A DNA stretch of 64,000 bases, from positions 19,202-83,201 of the forward strand of contig JAUYCZ010000028.1 in the NCBI GenBank assembly GCA_030704795.1. The letters are read 5' to 3'. The notes beneath the pieces are model-generated. The model was not told the origin of the DNA. It did not search any database and was given only the letters and a program-made list of their open reading frames with translations. The stretch is from a bacterium. Its GTDB lineage: Bacteria > Patescibacteriota > Minisyncoccia > Minisyncoccales > GWA2-46-15. A program made the translations under genes and the position numbers. Each line of letters starts with the position of its first letter. The first letter of the stretch is position 1. Positions 1 through 7,266 of the stretch are shown here, piece by piece.

Positions 1-2
1 CG

Positions 3-350
3 CGCCAATACGCCATGCTTCAAACCTTTCCCTTGACCCGACCCGAAGAGTTCGGCTACACCCCGTCTCTGCTTTACACCAAGGCAGAGCGCAACGCCAA
101 GAGCCTGGCCAACCTAAAGGTTATTTCCGGGCAATGCCAACTCGGTGACATGTTCCTCGTCATCAGCGATGCCCTCGCTGCCTGGCTCATGAACATCGTC
201 GCTTCGGGTGATCCGAAGAAGGCTCAGAGATTTCTGGAAATGCTGGCGGGCTTGAACCAGAAGCGGTTTCACCGCCTAATCAAGTCCTTGCTGGCAGCCG
301 GGCTTCTCAAGAACGACGACGTGACCCTGGCTCGAATCTTCGTAGTGTGA
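3..350 (+). CDS. PP2C-like phosphatase family protein, C-terminal fragment (5' end outside window)
   Basis: The frame is open from base 3. The tail GDMFLVISDALAAW...NDDVTLARIFVV resembles the C-terminal Asp-containing strands of PP2C_2-type phosphatases. GC-rich, with its own terminator. Confidence 0.45.
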   Translation, partial: RQYAMLQTFPLTRPEEFGYTPSLLYTKAERNAKSLANLKVISGQCQLGDMFLVISDALAAWLMNIVASGDPKKAQRFLEMLAGLNQKRFHRLIKSLLAAGLLKNDDVTLARIFVV

Positions 351-354
351 AGGC

Positions 355-392
355 AAAACCCCCGGTCCAATGGATTGGGGGTTCGTCTTTTT
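355..392 (+). terminator. Rho-independent terminator
   Basis: Stem AACCCCC (357-363) / GGGGGTT (377-383), then a T-run. Confidence 0.7.
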
Positions 393-410
393 ATCCGCCG
401 CTCCTTAGTA

Positions 411-439
411 TTGACGAAATTAAACATTTATGCTATAAT
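411..439 (+). promoter_or_regulatory. Near-consensus sigma70-type promoter (cassette copy 1)
   Basis: TTGACG (411-416), 17-nt spacer, TGCTATAAT (TATAAT 434-439). Confidence 0.7.
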
Positions 440-456
440 AGTCGTATCGAAGAGTG

Positions 457-498
457 AGAAAAGGATAGGGTTTTGTCCGTATCTTTTTCTGGCTCTTT
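457..498 (+). promoter_or_regulatory. Conserved 5' leader hairpin plus GGCTCTTT box (copy 1)
   Basis: AGAAAAGGATAGGG pairs with TCCGTATCTTTTTCT. A homologous hairpin with compensatory changes lies at 1864-1902. Confidence 0.5.
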
Positions 499-544
499 GG
501 CAAAATAATAATCTGTATCGACACATTCCGATAAGGAGGATGAT

Positions 545-1750
545 ATGTCTGGTTGGCCTTCGGCCGTCGAGTACGTTTCCGCGGTCCAGAACCCCCCGAT
601 CTGCTTCGACGACTCAGACCTGAAAGGTGGGCAGCCCAAGCTCACTTCCCTCGGTCTGCCGGTGTGTGCCTCGGGCAATTTCGCCACCGTCTTCCGCATG
701 GAGAACGGTGCCGCGACTTTTGCTGCGCGGTGCTTCACCCGGCCCGTCGTCGCAGACCAACAACAACGATACGCCGAGATCAGCAAGTATTTCTCGGGCG
801 TGTCCCTCGGCGCCTTGGTGGCGTTCGAGTACCTCATCAAGGGGATCCAGATCGCTGGACAATGGTATCCCCTCCTCAAGATGCAATGGGTAAAAGGCAA
901 GCGTCTCGACACCGAAGTCGAAAGTCGAGTCGGCAATCCCAAAGGACTTGAAGACTTGGCAACGGAGTGGCGCAGCTTGATGAAAGATCTGCGCGCCAAT
1001 CACATCAGCCACTGCGACCTGTCGCATGGCAACGTGATGTACAACGGCGGTTATCTGTTGATAGATTATGATGGAAGTTGGGTGTCTGCTTTAGCCGGAA
1101 CAAACTCTGGCGAGAATGGTCATCCTAACTTTCAACATCCGGAAAGGGTCAGCGCGGGCTATTACGAGGAGAACACCGATTCCTTTGCCGCGTTGGTAAT
1201 CTATCTGTCGCTGTTGGCACTGAGGTCCGACTCGTCCCTGTGGCCGACGTACAGCAACGGCGACAATCTGATCTTTACCGCCGCCGACTTCAAGGCCCCA
1301 GGAACGACGCCGATCTGGGCGCGTCTGAAAGTGAGCCCGGATGCCGAGGTTGTTCGGTTAACCGAAGAGCTGCAAAAGTTCTGCGGTTGGCCGGTAAGTT
1401 CCGTCCCGGATCTCGAGACGATCCTGACTCAACAACCTTATCCGCAGCCGGCAACGCCGTACACTCCGAGTACGCCTCGTCCCCGGGCCGCTCCGCCTCC
1501 TCGCCCCAGAACTCCTACAATGCCGATACCCGTGGCTCCAGCACCACGGCCGGTCACCACGCCATTGCCGCCGCCACTCCGGCCGGCGATGGCTCAACTC
1601 GCGACCTGTCCCAATTGCGGTACAGCCAGTCGGGCGGGCAGCAAGTTCTGCGCCAAATGCGGTTACTCCGTTGTGACAACAACGTGTCCGCATTGCGCTC
1701 AGACGACCGCTGTCCGCACCTTCTGTGCCCATTGTGGTCAGAGGTTGTGA
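545..1750 (+). CDS. Atypical protein-kinase-like protein with Pro-rich linker and C-terminal double zinc ribbon
   Basis: AAGGAGG RBS at 533-539. Gly-loop-like ASGNFATVF, catalytic loop HCDLSHGN and DFG-equivalent IDYDG. C-terminal CPNCG..CAKCG and CPHC..CAHCG pairs. Confidence 0.7.
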   Translation: MSGWPSAVEYVSAVQNPPICFDDSDLKGGQPKLTSLGLPVCASGNFATVFRMENGAATFAARCFTRPVVADQQQRYAEISKYFSGVSLGALVAFEYLIKGIQIAGQWYPLLKMQWVKGKRLDTEVESRVGNPKGLEDLATEWRSLMKDLRANHISHCDLSHGNVMYNGGYLLIDYDGSWVSALAGTNSGENGHPNFQHPERVSAGYYEENTDSFAALVIYLSLLALRSDSSLWPTYSNGDNLIFTAADFKAPGTTPIWARLKVSPDAEVVRLTEELQKFCGWPVSSVPDLETILTQQPYPQPATPYTPSTPRPRAAPPPRPRTPTMPIPVAPAPRPVTTPLPPPLRPAMAQLATCPNCGTASRAGSKFCAKCGYSVVTTTCPHCAQTTAVRTFCAHCGQRL

Positions 1751-1753
1751 GAG

Positions 1754-1797
1754 AAAACCCCCGATTCGTCGCCAGATGGACCGGGGGTTTGATTTTT
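1754..1797 (+). terminator. Rho-independent terminator
   Basis: Stem AAACCCCCG (1755-1763) / CGGGGGTTT (1782-1790), then GATTTTT. Confidence 0.7.
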
Positions 1798-1815
1798 AGA
1801 GTGGGCCATTTGATA

Positions 1816-1844
1816 TTGACAAAATAAAAAATGTATGCTATAAT
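1816..1844 (+). promoter_or_regulatory. Consensus sigma70-type promoter (cassette copy 2)
   Basis: TTGACA (1816-1821), 17-nt spacer, TGCTATAAT (TATAAT 1839-1844). Closely matches the promoter at 411-439. Confidence 0.7.
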
Positions 1845-1863
1845 TTTGGCATTAGGAAGAGTA

Positions 1864-1902
1864 AGAAAAGGAGAGAATGTTTCTCTATTTTTCTGGCTCT
1901 TT
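1864..1902 (+). promoter_or_regulatory. Conserved 5' leader hairpin plus GGCTCTTT box (copy 2)
   Basis: AGAAAAGGAGAGAA pairs with TTTCTCTATTTTTCT, followed by GGCTCTTT. Confidence 0.5.
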
Positions 1903-1960
1903 CTCAACTCAATACTCAATCGGAATCGAAACCAGAATATTCAAGAAAGGATGGTGGACC

Positions 1961-2764
1961 ATGAACTGCCCGAACTGCAACGCCCCAGTTTTACCCACAG
2001 ACCAATTCTGCACGGCCTGTGCCCAAACCCTTCAGCCGCAACCTCCCCCGCAACCCCAACCCCAAGCACAGCCACAACCTCAGGCGCAACCCCAACCGCA
2101 ACAACGCCGTTTCGTCTTCGGCAATCTGACTCTCGTTGCCATCTTCGGCGGCCTGATCGGATTGTGCATTCTGATCTCGGTCGTTCTGTTCCTTCTCGTG
2201 GGACAGAGCGGAACGAGTACGGCATCTCCGGCGCCGGTTGGGCCCTCGCCTACGCCCCGGATCGTTGTTCTGCCTCCGGCTGGCGCTACCCTGGCTCCAA
2301 CGGCAGTCGCGCCCCTGGCGCCTTCGCCAGCAATCTCGGGCGATCACCCGATCATCATGACTGGCGGGGCGAGCAACCCGGTCGGACAGATGCGGTACAC
2401 GACCGCTCTGCCCAACAGCGTCTGTTCGGGAGGCTGCGGGACGTTCGCAGGCACCGTTGTGCTCCGGCAAGTCCGGGTCACGGGCGCCAACGAATTCGTC
2501 GTTGATGTGGAAATCACTATCACCGACGTTAGCGGCGACCCATGGCTCTTCAACAACGGGCAAGGCGACATCGTCTTTGAGGTAGCGGGGACCAAGTTCA
2601 CCCCGACGGGAAACCGGAATCTGCCCACGCAGGTCACGGCCAAAGGAACTTTCAGTGGCTATCTGACCTTCGCGGGTCGAATACCGTTGGGTTCTGGGTC
2701 GTATCCTGTGAAATTGAGCATTCCGTCGCGACTTTCCCAGCCATTAGAAGGATGGCTAAAATAG
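1961..2764 (+). CDS. Zinc-ribbon / PQ-rich linker / single-TM protein with extracytoplasmic beta-rich domain (DUF4352-like)
   Basis: The ATG at 1961 gives MNCPNCNAPV..CTAC. A (PQ)n linker and the TM segment LTLVAIFGGLIGLCILISVVLFLL follow. The 1877 start would read through the leader hairpin, so I reject it. Confidence 0.6.
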   Translation: MNCPNCNAPVLPTDQFCTACAQTLQPQPPPQPQPQAQPQPQAQPQPQQRRFVFGNLTLVAIFGGLIGLCILISVVLFLLVGQSGTSTASPAPVGPSPTPRIVVLPPAGATLAPTAVAPLAPSPAISGDHPIIMTGGASNPVGQMRYTTALPNSVCSGGCGTFAGTVVLRQVRVTGANEFVVDVEITITDVSGDPWLFNNGQGDIVFEVAGTKFTPTGNRNLPTQVTAKGTFSGYLTFAGRIPLGSGSYPVKLSIPSRLSQPLEGWLK

Positions 2765-2778
2765 TCGCAAAAATAAAA

Positions 2779-2815
2779 GGGCGCGTTCGAAGTACGAACG
2801 CGCTCTTATATTTTC
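2779..2815. terminator. Bidirectional hairpin terminator at the island boundary
   Basis: GGGCGCGTTCG / CGAACGCGCTC stem with T-rich tracts on both strands, between convergent genes. Confidence 0.7.
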
Positions 2816-3216
2816 TATTGAACCGGTAGGTTCGGCGGTGGCTTAGGTTCGGACAATTCCGGCTCTTTCAATTCTTCGGCGATCTCGGCCATTCTTTGGC
2901 GAAAAGGATTCGGGGTTTCAGGAACCGGCGGAGGCGCTGGCGGCATTATTGGTCTGAATGGAGGGGGCATTAAAGGCCTGGGCACGGGTGGCATGGGTGG
3001 CGGCGGGACGATAACTGGCTGAGGTAAAACTGGAGACGCTTGAGCCGGTTCTGGCGCGACCGACGCTGGCGCGGGCGGAGCAATGGGTTTTTGCGGCTCG
3101 GGCGGTGTCGTCACGGGCAGCGACGGCTTGATAAGGGGTTTCTTGTCTTTTCGTGAGCGTTGATAGAAAAAAATGCCGAGCGAAACTCCCAAAAGAATTA
3201 AGAAAAAAAGTGTCAT
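2815..3216 (-). CDS. Proline-rich membrane-anchored hypothetical protein
   Basis: N-terminal TM segment MTLFFLILLGVSLGIFFY, then long PPxP tracts. Confidence 0.5.
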   Translation of the reverse strand: MTLFFLILLGVSLGIFFYQRSRKDKKPLIKPSLPVTTPPEPQKPIAPPAPASVAPEPAQASPVLPQPVIVPPPPMPPVPRPLMPPPFRPIMPPAPPPVPETPNPFRQRMAEIAEELKEPELSEPKPPPNLPVQ

Positions 3217-3226
3217 GGTTAAGTTT

Positions 3227-4678
3227 TTAGCTATTGTTCATTTTCCCTTTTAGATTCGGGCTTGTCAATAAAAGCGGCAGCTGGTAGATGTCGCCGGCAC
3301 CCATCACTACGAGGACTTCTTCACTCCGGAGATTTTTTTTGAGGTATGGCGCTGTTTCTTTGAGCGTGGGGATATACAATGTCTTTATATCTTGTATCTT
3401 GTATTTTGTATTTTGTATTTTTGAGATGGCTAAGGCCAGTTTTTTGGAGCTGACTTTCTTTTTGATGGTTGGACTTTCGCGGCCGGCAACGCTATAGATA
3501 TCAATCAGAATTAATTTGTCGATTGGCGCTTGACTCAAGACTCTGACAAAGTCTTTGAAGAGGTGGTAAGTTCTCTGATATTGATGGGGCTGGAAAACGC
3601 AGCTAATCTTTTTTCGGGGATATTTTTCCCGAACGGCTTTGAGCGTCACCTCAATTTCGGTCGGATGATGAGCGTAATCACTAACAATTATTATCTTCCG
3701 CGTTGTTCCGCGTAGTTCAGCGGTCGTGATTTCGAATCGGCGCCAGGCGCCGCGATATTCTCCCAAAGCCCTAAAGCTGATTTTGTCAGGAATTTTTAAG
3801 ATTCTGGCCGTGGCCAGCGCCGCCAAAGCATCTGCCAAAATGTGTTCCCCGGGAATTTTGAGAATCTTTTTTAGTTTTTTGGAGTCGCGCGATTTTGATA
3901 ATTGAAAATTTATAATTGAAAATTGATTGGAAATTGCCCCTCGGTCCTGAGCTCGGGGTCGAAGGAGTAATTGAAAATTGGAAATTAACTTCCGGGTATT
4001 TTCATCGTTTTTATTGATAACTAAATACCCTTTTTTCGGCAAATGTCTAATAAATTTCTTGAAGACTTTGATGATGTTGCTAAGGTTTTTAAAGTAGTCC
4101 AGGTGATCTCTGTCGATCGTGGTCAAAACAATTATCTGGGGCCAATAATTCAAAAAAGAACTTTTGTATTCATCCGCCTCAATGACCAGGTACTGGGATT
4201 TTCCCGGCCGATAGTTGCTGTCACCGAATTCTTTGAGCTTGGTGCCGACAATGACGGTTGGATCCAGCCCCGCCTTAATCAAAATCAAAGAAATTATGGC
4301 GGTAGTCGTGCCCTTGCCGTGGGTGCCGCAGACGGCAATGGTGAAATAGTTCTTAGTCAGCTTACCCAAGGCCTGAGGATAACTTTGGCATTTAATCTTT
4401 AATTGTTTTGCCCTTTTTAATTCCGCGTTCTGGTTTTGAATGGCCGGGCTGTAAATCACCAAATCTGGCCTCTTTGCCCTATCTTTTGCTTTGAGGTTTG
4501 GGTTGACCACTCTTTTGTCATTGGGCCCGAAGAAAATCTTGGCACCGGCCTTTTCCAGTCCCCGGCTGATTTCCGAAGGCTCCAAATCCGAGCCCGTCAC
4601 CTGATGATTTTGAGACAAATAATGTCGGGCGAGAGCCGAAACGCCAATACCGTTGATACCGATAAAATGGAGGCGCAT
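3227..4678 (-). CDS. murC: UDP-N-acetylmuramate--L-alanine ligase
   Basis: N-terminal HFIGINGIGVSALA and the Mur-ligase P-loop GTHGKGTTT. Length 483 aa. Confidence 0.9.
   Translation of the reverse strand: MRLHFIGINGIGVSALARHYLSQNHQVTGSDLEPSEISRGLEKAGAKIFFGPNDKRVVNPNLKAKDRAKRPDLVIYSPAIQNQNAELKRAKQLKIKCQSYPQALGKLTKNYFTIAVCGTHGKGTTTAIISLILIKAGLDPTVIVGTKLKEFGDSNYRPGKSQYLVIEADEYKSSFLNYWPQIIVLTTIDRDHLDYFKNLSNIIKVFKKFIRHLPKKGYLVINKNDENTRKLISNFQLLLRPRAQDRGAISNQFSIINFQLSKSRDSKKLKKILKIPGEHILADALAALATARILKIPDKISFRALGEYRGAWRRFEITTAELRGTTRKIIIVSDYAHHPTEIEVTLKAVREKYPRKKISCVFQPHQYQRTYHLFKDFVRVLSQAPIDKLILIDIYSVAGRESPTIKKKVSSKKLALAISKIQNTKYKIQDIKTLYIPTLKETAPYLKKNLRSEEVLVVMGAGDIYQLPLLLTSPNLKGKMNNS
3936..3968. 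repeat. GC-rich mini-insert (repeat family 1) inside murC, in frame
   Basis: Core CCCCTCGGTCCTGAGCTCGGGGTCGAAGG encodes LRPRAQDRGA. It is flanked by the direct duplication AATTGAAAATTG..TTGGAAATT (3914-3935 and 3969-3986). Confidence 0.6.
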
Positions 4679-4681
4679 AAA

Positions 4682-5251
4682 TTAAGTTGAAAGCGGGATG
4701 CTTTCTAAAACATGGTATTCTGGACCCTCTTTTTTTAATTCGCTTTCCATGACTTCGATTGACTCAACCAAGAAAGTAAAAGAGATTTCTTTGTCAATCT
4801 CGGGAATTTCCTCCGGTTCTAATTGATGCCATTGCCACTGTTTGATTCGGGCTAAGGTGATATGGGGACTAAAGCCATGAGTTTCTTGGTCGGGATCTTC
4901 TTTTACATTCTCAAAAAGGGAGCTTTCTAGGTCCTGTTGCAATCGAGTTAGTTCTTTTGAGGCCCGGCCTTCGACCCAGATCAGGCGGGGCGGTTTTTTC
5001 TTGGGGGGGCCAAAAACAATTCTCTTTAAACTCAAAGAGAAAGGGGTGTGTCGGCGGCCGACTCCTTTGACGAGGTCGCAGACATCGAGCAGTTCATCGT
5101 CGTTGACATAACCCAAGAATAAAAGCGTCAGGTGCAGATTTTCCTTTTTGGTCCAGCGGAGGGGTAAGTCGGGATAGTTGTCCCGAAAAGAATAAAGCTC
5201 TTTCCTGATCTTTTCGGGCACATTGATGGCGATAAAGATTCGTCGAGGCAT
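4682..5251 (-). CDS. thpR: RNA 2',3'-cyclic phosphodiesterase / 2'-5' RNA ligase family
   Basis: Two HxTx motifs (HLTLLF and HITLAR). Length 189 aa. Confidence 0.8.
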   Translation of the reverse strand: MPRRIFIAINVPEKIRKELYSFRDNYPDLPLRWTKKENLHLTLLFLGYVNDDELLDVCDLVKGVGRRHTPFSLSLKRIVFGPPKKKPPRLIWVEGRASKELTRLQQDLESSLFENVKEDPDQETHGFSPHITLARIKQWQWHQLEPEEIPEIDKEISFTFLVESIEVMESELKKEGPEYHVLESIPLST

Positions 5252-5288
5252 TTCAAAATCATACCATAAAGTGATATATTACGGGTAT

Positions 5289-5744
5289 ATGAAAAAAACT
5301 AAGAAAGAGAAGGCAAAAAAGAATCTCCAGGAGGAAACAGAAATTCAGCAGGTGGTTAACCACTATTTCTATACCAAGGGTTTGGTTTTGGACGAGATCA
5401 AAAAAAATGCCAGGAAAAGAAAGATTATCTATTCCCGCTTTACCCGGCCGGCCAAGCAACTTTTGGTCTTAGCCGGTTCCGTCGAGAAGGCTAAAAGCGC
5501 CATCACCCGAGTGGCCGAATGGGCCAAGTCCCGGAACTTAGACTATGCCATTGAAACCGTCTTTAAAAAATGGCTGGAATTGGACCGGTTAAAGCCAAAA
5601 GAAATCGTCAAAAAACCCTATTTTCAGGGCGATCCTCTCGTCTGGTCCGGCGCCAAAAGAAAATGGTACGTCATTTCCAAGGATGGCGATTGGCTGGAGT
5701 TTGCCGGCCGGGAAGAAGAAGTCGAATGGCGCATCATAAAATAA
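5289..5744 (+). CDS. Hypothetical protein
   Basis: Start taken at the ATG at 5289 (MKKTKKEK). No motif recognised. Confidence 0.45.
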   Translation: MKKTKKEKAKKNLQEETEIQQVVNHYFYTKGLVLDEIKKNARKRKIIYSRFTRPAKQLLVLAGSVEKAKSAITRVAEWAKSRNLDYAIETVFKKWLELDRLKPKEIVKKPYFQGDPLVWSGAKRKWYVISKDGDWLEFAGREEEVEWRIIK

Positions 5745-5745
5745 T

Positions 5746-6681
5746 ATGAAAATCATTTTCTTTGGCACGCCCGAGTTTGCCGCGACAATCCTAGAAGAGC
5801 TGATCAAGAGCAATCTCAAGCCCATTTTGGTTGTCACCTCTCCTGATAAACCTGTGGGCCGAAAACAAGTGATCACTTCCCCGCCCGTCAAGGTTTTGGC
5901 GGAAAAATATTCCATCCCGGCGCTGCAGCCAGAGATTTTAGAGATACCGGACTTTCGCCTGATTTTTTCCAATTCTCAACCAGACCTGGTGGTTTTGGCC
6001 GCTTATGGTCCGCCCTTTTTAACCAAGGAGTTTTTGGCCATTCCTAAATACGGCTGCTTAAACGTTCACCCCTCGCTCTTGCCCAAATACCGTGGCGCTT
6101 CCCCCATTCCTCACACTATTCTCAACGGCGAAAAGGAAACCGGCGTCACCATCATCCGGATGTCAGAAAAAGTTGACCGGGGAGATATTCTGGCCCAGGA
6201 GAAAACCGAAGTTTCTTCAGATGAGACGACCCCGACTTTAACGGCTAAATTGGCCAGCTTGGGCGCTAAGCTTTTGGTTAAAACCATTCCGCTTTTGCTC
6301 CAAGGCAGAATCGCTCCTCTCGCCCAGACCGATTCCCCCACTCCATACTGTTATCAGTTAAAAAAAGAACAGGGGCGGATTAACTGGCAAAAGTCTGCCG
6401 ACGATTTAGAGAGACAAATACGGGCCTTTGACCCTTGGCCGGGCACTTACGCTCTTTTTGCGGGCAAGATCTTGAAAATTTTGCGGGCTTGTGTTATTAC
6501 AGAGATGAAACCTCAAAGCCCACCAGGTTTCGTTTTTTTGACCCCGGACAGGAGAGTGGCCGTTCAAACCGGCCAAGGCTCTCTGGTGATAGAAATGGTT
6601 CAGCTCGAAGGCAAAAAGGCTCTGCCTGCGCCAGAGTTCTTGAGAGGCCACAAAGAAATTATCGGTCAAATATTAAAATAA
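5746..6681 (+). CDS. fmt: Methionyl-tRNA formyltransferase
   Basis: MKIIFFGTPEFA N-terminus, HPSLLPKYRG motif and the C-terminal Fmt domain. Confidence 0.9.
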   Translation: MKIIFFGTPEFAATILEELIKSNLKPILVVTSPDKPVGRKQVITSPPVKVLAEKYSIPALQPEILEIPDFRLIFSNSQPDLVVLAAYGPPFLTKEFLAIPKYGCLNVHPSLLPKYRGASPIPHTILNGEKETGVTIIRMSEKVDRGDILAQEKTEVSSDETTPTLTAKLASLGAKLLVKTIPLLLQGRIAPLAQTDSPTPYCYQLKKEQGRINWQKSADDLERQIRAFDPWPGTYALFAGKILKILRACVITEMKPQSPPGFVFLTPDRRVAVQTGQGSLVIEMVQLEGKKALPAPEFLRGHKEIIGQILK

Positions 6682-6700
6682 TACTCACTCCGTGTAAGCT

Positions 6701-7264
6701 ATGCTCGGTTATTTTGATCTAAGAAGAGGCGTTCGCTTTATCTACGAGGGAGAACCTTGGGAGGTTCTAGATTTCAGTCAGATGAAAAAAGCTCAGCGAG
6801 AGGGCATCGCCCAGGTCAAGATGAGAAGTATGGTTTCGGGCAAGGTCATTGAATGCGGTTTTCATTCCAGCGATAGCTTTAAGGAAGCGGATTTGCAAAA
6901 GCTCAAGGCGAAATATCTTTACCGCCATAACGGCAAATTCTTCTTTTGCCAAGAGGATAATCCCAAGAATCGTTTTGAGCTGACCGAGGAACAAATCGGT
7001 TCCGCCGCCCGTTTTTTAAAACAAGGCGTGGTCAGCGAAGCTTTAATATTCGAAGAAAAGATTATCAGCGTTTCTTCGCCGGTTAAGATTCAATTAAAAG
7101 TGACGGAAGCGCCTCCGGGAATAAGGGGCGATCGCGCCCAGGGCGGAGTTAAAGCCGTGGTCCTCGAAACCGGCGCTCAAATTAACGTTCCCCTATTCGT
7201 GGAAACCGACGACATTATTGAAATAAATACGGAAACCGGGGAATACACCCGAAGAGTTGAATAG
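6701..7264 (+). CDS. efp: Elongation factor P
   Basis: 187 aa with the three-domain EF-P pattern (FIYEGEPWEVLDF..., KVTEAPPGIRGD). Confidence 0.9.
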   Translation: MLGYFDLRRGVRFIYEGEPWEVLDFSQMKKAQREGIAQVKMRSMVSGKVIECGFHSSDSFKEADLQKLKAKYLYRHNGKFFFCQEDNPKNRFELTEEQIGSAARFLKQGVVSEALIFEEKIISVSSPVKIQLKVTEAPPGIRGDRAQGGVKAVVLETGAQINVPLFVETDDIIEINTETGEYTRRVE

Positions 7265-7266
7265 CT

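Noticed and set aside
433-2643. Many overlapping ORFs in other frames or strands across the kinase and zinc-ribbon genes (for example 433..999 -, 553..951 +, 614..1027 -, 1240..1827 +, 1358..1732 -, 1831..2505 +, 1991..2563 -).
   Set aside because: They are GC-rich shadow frames with Arg/Pro/Gly-rich nonsense translations. The called frames carry recognisable motifs, RBSs, promoters and terminators.
1-2815. The left-hand GC-rich island as a pure assembly chimera from another organism.
   Set aside because: This is not excluded, but I think it unlikely. Its promoters carry the same TGCTATAAT box seen upstream of pbpC (43070-78) and of the UPF0182 gene (about 59905), its right boundary is a shared bidirectional terminator with a backbone-type gene, and three other GC-rich inserts of the same style lie well inside backbone context. 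Read mapping is needed to settle it.
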